A DNA stretch of 64,000 nucleotides from Terriglobia bacterium (GTDB taxonomy: Bacteria; Acidobacteriota; Terriglobia; Terriglobales; Acidobacteriaceae), in contig CAVXXN010000004.1 in NCBI GenBank assembly GCA_963765715.1, positions 342,373 to 406,372 on the forward strand. Direction: 5' to 3'. Shown one piece after another: positions 51,652 through 61,004 of this stretch (the stretch's first letter is position 1; each line of letters begins with the position of its first letter). Position numbers and translations under genes: made by a program. The notes under the pieces were generated by a model. It ran no database searches. It was not told the origin of the DNA and saw only the letters and a list, made by a program, of their open reading frames with translations.

Positions 51652-52926
51652 TTACTGCAACAAAATCCCCACAATAGATGCCGACATCAGATTGGCCATC
51701 GTACCAGCGATCATCGCACGGAAGCCCAGTTTGGCCAGTTCGCCGCGTTTGTTGGGAGCCAGGGCGCTGATGCCGCCGATCTGGATTCCGATCGAGCTGA
51801 AGTTGGCGAAGCCGCATAGCGCGAAGGTCGCGATGGCGAAAGACCGGGGATCGAGGACGGCCTGCTTCGCGCCCAGCATGGAGTAGGCGACCAGTTCATT
51901 GATCACCATTCGAGTTCCAAGAAGATTGCCGACCAAGCCACAATCCTTCCACGGAATGCCGATCACCCATGCGATGGGAGCGAATATCACTCCGAAGATC
52001 TGCTCCAGGCTGGAGGGAAACCAGCTGAATAAGTGATTATGGATACCACCGAATATGCCGTTCACCAGGGCGATCAAGGCGAGGAAGGAAATCAGCATGG
52101 CGGCGATGTTCAGGGCCAGATGAAGGCCGTCGATCGTACCTCGGGTAATAGCGCCGAGAACGTTTTCGTCCTTTGGCAAAGCGTCGGCATCCATTTCGAC
52201 TTTGGATTTTGCGGTCAGGACAGGAGCGGCATCAGCGTCGGGCTTACGGTTCGGACTGGTTAGAGGCTCTTCGGTTTCGGGCACGAACATCTTGGCCATC
52301 AGGACGGTGCCCGGGGCGGTCATGATGACGGCGCTGAGCAGATGTTCTGCTTTCACGCCATAAAGAATGTAAGCCCCCATGATTCCGCCGGAGACATGCG
52401 CCATGCCGGCAGTCATAACGGTCATCAACTCGGAGCGCGTCAGGGACGGCAAGTAGGGCCGGATGGTGAGTGGGGCTTCGGTCTGGCCCATGAAGATGCT
52501 GGCTGCCACGTCGAGCGATTCCGCGCCGCTGGCACCCATGCGGATCATCACCTTGGCCATTTGGCGGATGATGAACTGCATCACGCCATAGTGATAAAGC
52601 ACCGCGAAAAATGCCGAGATGAAGATTACGGTTGGGAGAACCTGGAAGGCAAAGACCATGCCGAACTGTCCGCCCTTGCGGCCCAATTCTCCGAATACCA
52701 TCTGAGAACCGGCGAATGAATACTCTAGAAACTTGTCTACACCGCGTCCGGCCCAAGCCAGAAGATTGCGGCCGAAGCTGAAGCGCAGCACGAAGAGGGC
52801 GAAGATGAATTGCAGGACAAGTCCCAGGCCCACAGTCTTGAATCGGATCGCCCTGCGGTTGCTGGAAAACAAATAGGCGAGCCCGAGCATGGTGATCAAA
52901 CCGAGAAGCCCCGTCAGACGGCCCAT
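51652..52926 (-). CDS. nupC: NupC/NupG family concentrative nucleoside transporter
   Basis: LLGLITMLGLAYLFSSNRRAIRFKTVGLGLVLQFIFALFVLR and a CNT-like C-terminus GFANFSSIGIQIGG. Confidence 0.88.
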   Translation of the reverse strand: MGRLTGLLGLITMLGLAYLFSSNRRAIRFKTVGLGLVLQFIFALFVLRFSFGRNLLAWAGRGVDKFLEYSFAGSQMVFGELGRKGGQFGMVFAFQVLPTVIFISAFFAVLYHYGVMQFIIRQMAKVMIRMGASGAESLDVAASIFMGQTEAPLTIRPYLPSLTRSELMTVMTAGMAHVSGGIMGAYILYGVKAEHLLSAVIMTAPGTVLMAKMFVPETEEPLTSPNRKPDADAAPVLTAKSKVEMDADALPKDENVLGAITRGTIDGLHLALNIAAMLISFLALIALVNGIFGGIHNHLFSWFPSSLEQIFGVIFAPIAWVIGIPWKDCGLVGNLLGTRMVINELVAYSMLGAKQAVLDPRSFAIATFALCGFANFSSIGIQIGGISALAPNKRGELAKLGFRAMIAGTMANLMSASIVGILLQ

Positions 52927-53008
52927 GTAAGACTCCTGTTCGTGGCTTGACTGTGAGATTCGGTACCAATCGGAAATGGAGCGGCAAGGGAAGCCAGTGT
53001 GGTGATCG

Positions 53009-54376
53009 TCATGCCTGCGTTCCTTTGCCTGCGATAACTCGATGAATCAGGGGCCGCTTCACAGCAGGCGGTTTCTCTGCGATACGGTAGGCATTTTGCA
53101 GCAGAAGCCGTGCATCGGCCAGGTGTGCGTCAGAATTGTAATGAATGGTACAAAGCGGGTCGCCCTTGCGAACCTGATCGCCAACTTTTTTGTGCAGTAC
53201 CAGACCTACTGCCGGGTCGATGACATCTTCTTTTTTCTCGCGGCCGCCGCCGAGAACGAGACTGGCGACGCCGACCTGCTCGCATTGGATGCTATCAACA
53301 AAGCCGTTCGCTGGGCTCGGAAATGCGGATCGATGCCGCGCCTGGGGCAGGCGTTGGGGATCATCGATCACACGCGGGTCGCCGCCTTGCTGCGAGATGA
53401 TCTCACGGAACTTCTTCAGTGCTGATCCGTTGCGGATAAGGTCCAATGCCAGCTGGCGACCCCCATCAACGCTGGGAGTGCGTTCCGCGAGATAGAACAT
53501 CCAGGCGGAAAGTTCGACGGAAACCTCGATCAAGTCGGCGGGGCCGCCACCCTTCATTACCTCGATACATTCGTCGACTTCCAGTGCGTTGCCTACCTTC
53601 AGGCCTAACGGTTGGTCCATGTCGGTGATCAGTGCGACCATCTTTTTGCCCATACGCTCGCCGGTTTCGACCATCAACTCGGCAAGGTGGACGGAATCCT
53701 TTTCGGTTTTCATGAACGCACCGCTGCCGGTTTTTACGTCGAGGACCAAACCGTCTATCCCCTCGGCCAGCTTCTTGCTCATGATGGAGGCGCAGATCAG
53801 GTTGGGACTCTCGACGGTTGCAGTGACGTCGCGGAGGGCATACAGCTTTTTGTCGGCGGGGGCGATTTCGGCGGTCTGCCCGATCAGTCCGCAGCCACAG
53901 GCTTTAAGAACCCGGCGGAACTCTTCCAACGAGAGACTGATATTGAAACCGGGAATGGCCTGGAGCTTATCCAACGTGCCGCCGGTATGGCCAAGACCTC
54001 GGCCGCTGATCATTGGAACGGTAACGCCACCGGCGGCAACTACCGGGGCAATAATCAGCGAAGTCTTGTCGCCGACCCCCCCGGTGGAGTGCTTATCGAT
54101 CTTTGGGCCCGGCAAATCTGAGAGATCGAGAACCTCGCCGGAGTTCAGCATCGCAGAAGTCAGGGCGCTCAATTCGGGACCGTTCATGCCGCGGATCAGA
54201 ACGGCCATCAGCCACGCTGCCATTTGATAGTCGGGGATTTCGTCGCGAGTATAGGAGTCGACAAGAAAATGAATTTCGTCGGCGGAGAGTTCACCGCCAT
54301 CGCGCTTCTTGCGGATAAGGTCGAGGGGACGCATGGTGACGGCAGCGGCGGAGGTGGTTGAAGAACGGGTCGACAT
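53009..54376 (-). CDS. deoA: thymidine / pyrimidine-nucleoside phosphorylase
   Basis: LIRKKRDGGELSADEI, DKHSTGGVGDKTSL, SGRGLGHTGGTLDKL. The start at 54376 has ggag upstream; the alternative is 54334. Confidence 0.93.
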   Translation of the reverse strand: MSTRSSTTSAAAVTMRPLDLIRKKRDGGELSADEIHFLVDSYTRDEIPDYQMAAWLMAVLIRGMNGPELSALTSAMLNSGEVLDLSDLPGPKIDKHSTGGVGDKTSLIIAPVVAAGGVTVPMISGRGLGHTGGTLDKLQAIPGFNISLSLEEFRRVLKACGCGLIGQTAEIAPADKKLYALRDVTATVESPNLICASIMSKKLAEGIDGLVLDVKTGSGAFMKTEKDSVHLAELMVETGERMGKKMVALITDMDQPLGLKVGNALEVDECIEVMKGGGPADLIEVSVELSAWMFYLAERTPSVDGGRQLALDLIRNGSALKKFREIISQQGGDPRVIDDPQRLPQARHRSAFPSPANGFVDSIQCEQVGVASLVLGGGREKKEDVIDPAVGLVLHKKVGDQVRKGDPLCTIHYNSDAHLADARLLLQNAYRIAEKPPAVKRPLIHRVIAGKGTQA

Positions 54377-54606
54377 CGGTCTCCGTGAGCCGGAACAGGG
54401 AAGCTTACATTGTGGGAGCGATTGTGGAAAGTCTTTCCAGTTGGTCACAAACAAAGTCGTCTTGGCGTGGGTTTTCGAGAAAACATCATTCGTTCAAGGC
54501 TGCCATGTCACCGGTAATTCTCCTACAATGTCACTTTAAGAATGAAAGTCCACAGCCGGATCGATAAGCGGAAATCTTCCTTCGCAGTGCCAGCCAGCGC
54601 CACGGA

Positions 54607-56295
54607 ATGACTTGCTCACGCCCCTTACGGCTGGCATCGCCGGCTTTGTCGTGGCGGTGGGCATTTTCGCCATTCTACAGCCCTGCATTAAATTTCCAAT
54701 TCATTCTCGACGATCACCGCTTCGTCAGCGATCCACGATTGCAGTTTCCCGGTCATGTTTGGGAATACTTTACAAGTTATGTGTGGGCGCAAGTTCAGGC
54801 AGGGCCGGTAAGTTTCTATCGCCCATTGTTCGTATTTTGGCTAAGGTTGAATTTTATTCTTAGCGAGATGTCGCCCTGGGGCTGGCATCTGGTCAGCATC
54901 CTGAAACACCTGCTGGTAGCGGGTTTACTTGGGCTGGCGGTGTGGAGACTGCTTCGGGATCGCGTGGCCGCATTGATTGCGGCTACTTTGTTTGCATTGC
55001 ATCCGGCGCACACAGAATCTGTGGCATGGGTAACAGTCCCCGATCCGCTGATGTCCGCCGCATTGCTTGGCAGCCTTCTCCTATATCTCGAGTATGCGGA
55101 ACGCGTGTCGAGAGCAGCGGAGATCAACGCAAACAACCCGGCTAGAAAGTCCCGCAAACATGTTCGCAACAAGCCAGAGAGTTCGCCGACCAGTTGGCTG
55201 CTTGCGTCTGCGGCTGCTTTCCTGGCCGCATTAATGATTAAGGAAACGGCCATCGTGTGGCCTGTCGTCGTGTTTGCCCTGGCCTTATTCGTGCCGGTCA
55301 ACAACCCAGATAGCGTAAAAGCGACGAAAAGTGGGAAACCAAATCTTCAGGTTCGGATCGCTTCTGCCTTTCGCGAGACCCTTCCATTCCTGGGCGCAGG
55401 GGTGATTTATCTCGTCTGCCGGTACTTTGCCCTCGGAAGACATCTGAGCCCCGCGACACAGCATTTGGCTTGGCATACCGTGCTACTGTCCTGGCCTGCG
55501 ACTCTCTGGTTCTATTTGAAAGTCATGGTTTGGCCGGTCCGGCCACGTGGCTTCGCGGACCCTACGCTGGTTGAAGCCTTCTCATTGCGTGAAGTCGTGT
55601 TGCCGGCTGTGGGGGTGGGTTGCGCCGTAGGAATTCTCGTCTGGGCCTGCGTCTGGGTATGGAGACGGTCGCGGAATAATCTTCCGGAGCAGGAAGCGAT
55701 GGGTGTGCAGCGCGCTTTGCTATTTAGCGCACTGATTCTTGTGCTTCCAATTCTCCTGACGTTGAACCTGAATGCCCTTAATCCCGGCGACTTCCTGCAC
55801 GGTCGCTACACATATCTCCCGTTGACCGGACTTATGGTCCTGCTTGCAACTTTTTGGCATGTATCGAACCGGGGGCGAATCGTGCTGTTATGTGTTGCCG
55901 GAGCGCTGGCGGTTGCGCTCGGCGTACTCAGTGTGATGCAGGAGAGTATGTGGAAAGACGATTTGACGGTGTTCACCGTCGCTCACGAAAACGCGCCCAA
56001 CAACGGTCCGGTTGCGCAGAGTCTGGTAAGGGCGCACGTACAGGGCGCGCTCGATCTCGACCAGGAAGGGCGATGCGACGAAGCCGTGCCGATATTTGAG
56101 CAGGCGATCAAGGAATATCCGCAGGACTGGTTTGCCTGGGCGGGGCTCGGAGAGTGTCGTTTCAAACTCAATGATTTTGCAGGGGCTGAGCAGTCGTTGC
56201 GCCGTGCCTCCGAGCTTTCGCACGAACCTCGTGTGAAAGAGCAGTGGCAAGCGATCAGGGAAAAGATGGGACTGCCGTCGGTGCCGTTGGACTGA
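54607..56295 (+). CDS. TMTC-like polytopic membrane protein with C-terminal TPR repeats, N-terminal frame disruption near 54680
   Basis: SPALNFQFILDDHRFV, FYRPLFVFWLRLNF, LFALHPAHTESVAWV. TPR-like tail GECRFKLNDFAGAEQSLRRA. Confidence 0.7.
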   Translation: MTCSRPLRLASPALSWRWAFSPFYSPALNFQFILDDHRFVSDPRLQFPGHVWEYFTSYVWAQVQAGPVSFYRPLFVFWLRLNFILSEMSPWGWHLVSILKHLLVAGLLGLAVWRLLRDRVAALIAATLFALHPAHTESVAWVTVPDPLMSAALLGSLLLYLEYAERVSRAAEINANNPARKSRKHVRNKPESSPTSWLLASAAAFLAALMIKETAIVWPVVVFALALFVPVNNPDSVKATKSGKPNLQVRIASAFRETLPFLGAGVIYLVCRYFALGRHLSPATQHLAWHTVLLSWPATLWFYLKVMVWPVRPRGFADPTLVEAFSLREVVLPAVGVGCAVGILVWACVWVWRRSRNNLPEQEAMGVQRALLFSALILVLPILLTLNLNALNPGDFLHGRYTYLPLTGLMVLLATFWHVSNRGRIVLLCVAGALAVALGVLSVMQESMWKDDLTVFTVAHENAPNNGPVAQSLVRAHVQGALDLDQEGRCDEAVPIFEQAIKEYPQDWFAWAGLGECRFKLNDFAGAEQSLRRASELSHEPRVKEQWQAIREKMGLPSVPLD

Positions 56296-56324
56296 GGGCG
56301 AGGCTTTGAGCCTGAATCAGATTC

Positions 56325-56730
56325 TTATAGGCGGAAGCCTTCGGGTAGCAGCTTCGTGATCAGCATCTGCTCCGTACCGGACTGGCCGCGAAACAGGACG
56401 ACGGCCTCTGGACCGAATTCAAAAATTACCTGGCGGCAAGCCCCGCATGGGGCACACGGTCCATCGCGCTGGGTGGCCACGGCGACAGCTTTGATTCTCA
56501 TGCCGGATCCCTCGGCGGCGACCGCGGCAAAGATGGCGTTGCGCTCGGCGCAAATGGTCAATCCGTAAGAAGCGTTTTCAACATTGCAACCCGAATAAAG
56601 AGCGCCGCTTTCGGTGAGGATTGTCGCATCCAACGCGAAAATTGGAGTAGGGGGCGTGCGCATTCTTGAAGGCGGCGCGGGCGGAGGAGAGCATTTGTTC
56701 CTGTTGTGCGGAGGAGAGGGTTATGGGCAT
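56325..56730 (-). CDS. cdd: cytidine deaminase, one 1-nt insertion near 56640
   Basis: CNVENASYGLTICAERNAI and PCGACRQV zinc ligands. The N-terminus MPITLSS...APYSNFRVG is in the preceding phase. Confidence 0.88.
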
Positions 56731-56751
56731 TTAGTTAGTCCTGCGGTAGAG

Positions 56752-56808
56752 ACAAAAGCAGGTCCCTCCACTTCGCTTGCTTCGCTGCGCTCCGGTCGGC
56801 ATGACAGT
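56752..56808 (-). repeat. REP-A long variant (as found inside the MITE-like elements)
   Basis: The reverse complement reads aactgtcatgccgaccggagcgcagcgaagcaagcgaagtggagggacctgcttttgt. Confidence 0.75.
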
Positions 56809-56833
56809 TAATCTGGTACCGCTTGTCTAATCT

Positions 56834-58227
56834 TTAGATCGCCGGGCTTGCGCCTCGTTTGATGAATTCACCCTGGCCGGGACGTCCGAAAAACTTTTCG
56901 CCTTCGACCAGTACGCGCCCACGTGAGAACACGACATCTGGCATTCCCGTGACTTTGATGCCCTCAAACATCGAGTAGTCCACGCGCATGTGATGGGTCT
57001 TGGCGCTGATGGTGTGCTCGCGTTTCGGATCGAAGATAACCAGATCGGCGTCGCTGCCTACGGCGATCGTGCCTTTGCGAGGATAGAGTCCGAAAAGCTT
57101 GGCGGGCGCGGTGGAGACCAACTCCACGAAGCGATTAACGCTGAAGCGTCCCTGTCGCAACTCCTCCCGAATAAATCAGGCTCATGCGGTGTTCGATTCC
57201 GGGACCGCCGTTAGGAATTTTGGTGAAGTCGCCGATGCCCATCTCCTTCTGTTCCTTAAAGCAGAATGGGCAATGATCGGTGGAAACCACTTGCAGGTGG
57301 TCGTGCTTCAGTCCCTGCCAAAGTTTTTCCTGATGCCATTTTTCGCGCAGCGGAGGAGTGAAGACGTACTTGGCGCCTTCGAAGCCAGGTTCGTCCATGT
57401 TTTCGAGTGAAAGGTATAGATATTGCGGACAGGTTTCAGCGTAGACAGGCAGGCCGCGATCACGGGCCTCGCGAACTTTTTCCAGCGCGTCGTTACAGCT
57501 CAGGTGCACGATATAGACGGGGGCGTCGGCCATCTCAGCCAGGGCGATGGCGCGACTCGTGGCCTCGGCTTCAGCGGTGGTCGGTCGGGTGAGCGCGTGA
57601 TACTTCGGAGCAGTCTTGCCTTCAGCCAGAGCCTGCTTGACGATCACGTCAATCGCTCCGCCATTTTCTGCGTGCATGCAGACCATCGCGCCGGCTTTAG
57701 CGGAGGTCGCGCATGGCCTTGAAGATGCTGGCGTCGTCGAGCATGAATACTCCGGGGTAGGCCATGAACAGCTTGAAACTGGTGATGCCTTCGCGCACCA
57801 ATTGTGGCATTTCGGCGAGCTGGGCATCAGGAAGGTCGGTGATGATGCAATGGAAAGAGTAGTCGGACACTGCCCTGGATGACGCCTTTTGCATCCAGGT
57901 GTCGAAGGCGGTACGCAGCGACTGTCCCTTGTACTGGATGGCAAAGTCGATCAGCGTGGTAGTGCCGCCAAAGGCCGCGGCGCGGGTACCGGTTTCAAAG
58001 TCATCGGCGCTAGTGGTACCGCCGAACGGCATATCGAGATGGGTGTGGACGTCAATCCCGCCGGGGAAAACGAACTTGTTCGTGGCGTCGATCAGCCGTT
58101 TGGCGTTCTCGCGCGGCAAGCTGGACCCGAGGGCAACCACGCGTCCATTTTCGATCGCGACATCGGCCTGATACGTGTCGACGGCGGTGACGACAGTGCC
58201 GTTTGTAACGATGGTGTCGAAACCCAT
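56834..58227 (-). CDS. dihydropyrimidinase / D-hydantoinase, two frame disruptions (near 57720 and 57150)
   Basis: PGGIDVHTHLDMPFGGT, FKLFMAY, VHAENG, YIVHLS, STDHCPF, GSDADLVIFDP, spread over three ORF pieces. Confidence 0.88.
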
Positions 58228-58338
58228 TGACTAATCCCCTGTGCTGCAAGAGTCCCATCTGTCCGGGCAGAAGCGTGATGTATTCTATTCTACAAAGTTA
58301 TTGATTTGCGTTGGATGCATCGGCAAGAGAGGGAACGC

Positions 58339-59336
58339 ATGAAGTTCGGGATCACGATCAAGCCGGATCTTTCTGTGGAGCGCATTGTTTCTTTGACGCG
58401 CCAGGCTGAACAGGCGGGTTTCGAATACGGCTGGATCTTCGATTCCCACGTACTGTGGAAAGAACCTTACCCGTTGCTCGCCTTGATGGCGAATGCAACG
58501 CGCAACATGAGGCTTGGGACGTGCGTAACGAATCCGGCGGTGCGCGATCCGACAGTTACCGCCAGTCTGTTCGCTACCCTCAACCTTATTTCGGGCGGGC
58601 GCATGCAACTAGGTATCGGACGCGGAGACAGTTCGCGACGAGTTCTCGGGAAAAAGCCCGTAAGCCCGGCTGAACTGGAACGTGCGGTTGCCACATTTCG
58701 CGAACTGACATCAGGGCAGGAGGTTCAATATGAAGGTCAAGCGACGCGACTTTCATGGGCAAAGTCCGCCGCCGGTGTGGATCGCAGGATACGGACCGAA
58801 GGTCCTGAATATGGCGGGGCGGGTCGCGGACGGTGTGATTTTGCAGTTCGCTGATCCCGATCTGATTGCGTGGTGTCTTGGATTTGTGTGGCAGGGCGCG
58901 AAGGAAGCTGGCCGCGATCCCAAATCGATCGAGATCATGGCGGCAGCTCCGGTGTGGGTATCGGACGACCTTGAGGTGGCACGGCAACGGGTGCGATGGT
59001 TTCCGGCGCTGGTTTCAAATCACGTCGTGGACCTGATATCGCGATATAAGCCCGAAGACCTTCCGGCGTCGCTCACCTCTTACGTGCAGAAGCGGGCCGG
59101 GTATGACTACCTGCATCACGCCGAGGTGGGAAGTGACAATGCCAGCTTTGTTTCCGATGAAGTGGTGGACCGGTTCTGCCTGGTAGGTCCGGCGGAAGCA
59201 CATCGTCAGAAGCTGAGGAAACTGGCAGAAGTGGGAGTGACCCAGTTCAATATTTATCTGATGTGCGGGGAGGAAGAGCAAACTTTGGAGATTTACGAGC
59301 GGGAAGTGTGCCGGGGTTCGCGGGCTTCAGGCGTGA
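58339..59336 (+). CDS. LLM-class (luciferase-like) flavin/F420-dependent oxidoreductase, frame disruptions near 58740 and possibly 59308
   Basis: MKFGITIKPD, GFEYGWIFDSHVLW, LGTCVTNP, GGRMQLGIGRGDS, then VWIAGYGPKVLNMAGRVADGVILQFADP. The 3-prime end is uncertain. Confidence 0.7.
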
Positions 59337-59390
59337 CAGTTTTCGGTCTTCAGTTTCTTGGGCCGGTTGCAGTGTTCCTTCGGGTAACAT

Positions 59391-61004
59391 GTGTGCGAGC
59401 ACACTTTGGATTCGCAAGACGCGAAGATCGAAATCCGTTCCGGTAATTTCCTGCCTGCGTGGTTGCGATTTCTCGTTCCTTCCGTTGCCGACCTGATCTT
59501 CATCGTTCTGCTTGCTGCCATGACGGGCGGGACTGTTAGCTCCGCGCTTGCTGGGCGATGCCGGCATCGGATGGCACATCCGCAATGGCGATCTGATGCT
59601 CCGCACCCATGCGATCACGCGGACCGATCCTTTCTCGGCCACGATGAGCGGGCAGGCCTGGTATGCCTGGGAATGGTTCTACGACATCGTGATCGCGGGC
59701 GTCCATCAATGGTTTGGCCTCAACGGAGTGGTCCTTTCTCACTGCCGTGATTATTGCCGCGACTTTTGCGTTGACTCTGCGGTTAAGCCTGCGGCGCGGC
59801 GCGGACTTGCCTGTGGCGTGGTTCTGCTGGCATTGTCGCTGGGCGCGTCCATGATTCATTTGTTTGCGCGCCCTCATGTTCTGAGCTGGTTGTTAACCGT
59901 CATCTGGTTCCATATCCTGGATGGCTCGCAGAATGCGAGCGCGTGCGGGGCCGGCGGTTGTGGTGGTTCCCGCTGTTGATGTTGCTTTGGGTCAATGTGC
60001 ATGGCGGTTTCGTCGTGGGCTTCGTTCTGCTGCCTTTACCTGCTGAGCAATGGAATCGAATATTCAACGTGCAAAGAGCAAGACGCGCGTGCGCAACTCG
60101 CCGGGCGGTTACGGCAATTGGGAACGGTGACGGTGGTTTCGCTGGTGGCGAGCCTGCTGAACCCTTACGGCTACAAGCTGCATGTTCATGTTTACCGCTA
60201 TCTTTCCAGCCGCTGGCTGATGAACCACATCGATGAATTTCTTTCGCCTAATTTTCATGGCGTGGCGCAGCAGTGCTTTGTTTTGCTTCTGTTGATCACG
60301 ATTGTGGCATTGGCGGGCGGGAAGAAGCCGCCGCTTGCGCATGTGCTGGTACTGCTCTTTGCCGCGTATAGCGGTTTGTATGCTTCCCGCAATCTTCCGG
60401 GATCGTCGCTTCTGCTCACGCTGCTGATCGCGCCCTTGCTTTCGCAAACTGTAAGGCGAGGCTATGCCAACTCCGAATCTCTCATCGGCGGTGCGTGCAT
60501 TTTTGGAAAGATGGAAAGGTTTCGGCGATCCGCATGACAGCGATGGAATTGAATCTGCGGGGACATGTGTGGCCGCTGATCGCGGTGATTGCCGGTCTCC
60601 TGATTTGCATGCAGGGAGGAAGGCTGGGTTCCTATCGATGGATGGATGCGCACTTCGATGCCAATAAGTTTCCGGTGCTGGCAAGCGACCTTATTGTCCA
60701 GCGCGACATTCGCGATCCAATTTTTGCTCCTGACCTGTGGGGCGGATACCTCATTTACCGGCTCTCCCCACAGACAAAAGTATTCGTCGATGACCGTCAC
60801 GATTTCTATGGAGAAGATTTTTTTAAAGGCTACTTGAAGACACTGCGTCTCGCGCCCGATTGGAAGGTATTTCTCGATGACCGGAGAGTAAATTGGGCAT
60901 TGCTGCCGTCGGGATCTTCATTGGCCAATATGCTGGAAGAAACGTCAAGGTGGAACATCGTCTATCGGGACAAGACGGCAGTCTTGTTTGAGCGGAAGCT
61001 CTAG
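59391..61004 (+). pseudogene. large polytopic membrane protein split over at least six frame changes
   Basis: Pieces include DLIFIVLLAAMTGG, LLGDAGIGWHIRNGDLML, FLTAVIIAATFALTL, LWWFPLLMLLWVNVHGGFVVGF, LLNPYGYKLHVHVYRYL and FVDDRHDFYGEDFFKGYL. Confidence 0.6.

Noticed and set aside
52244-52987. 247-aa alternative-frame ORF on the nupC strand.
   Set aside because: It overlaps the well-supported nupC frame. Its product is R/P/G-rich with no membrane-helix pattern.
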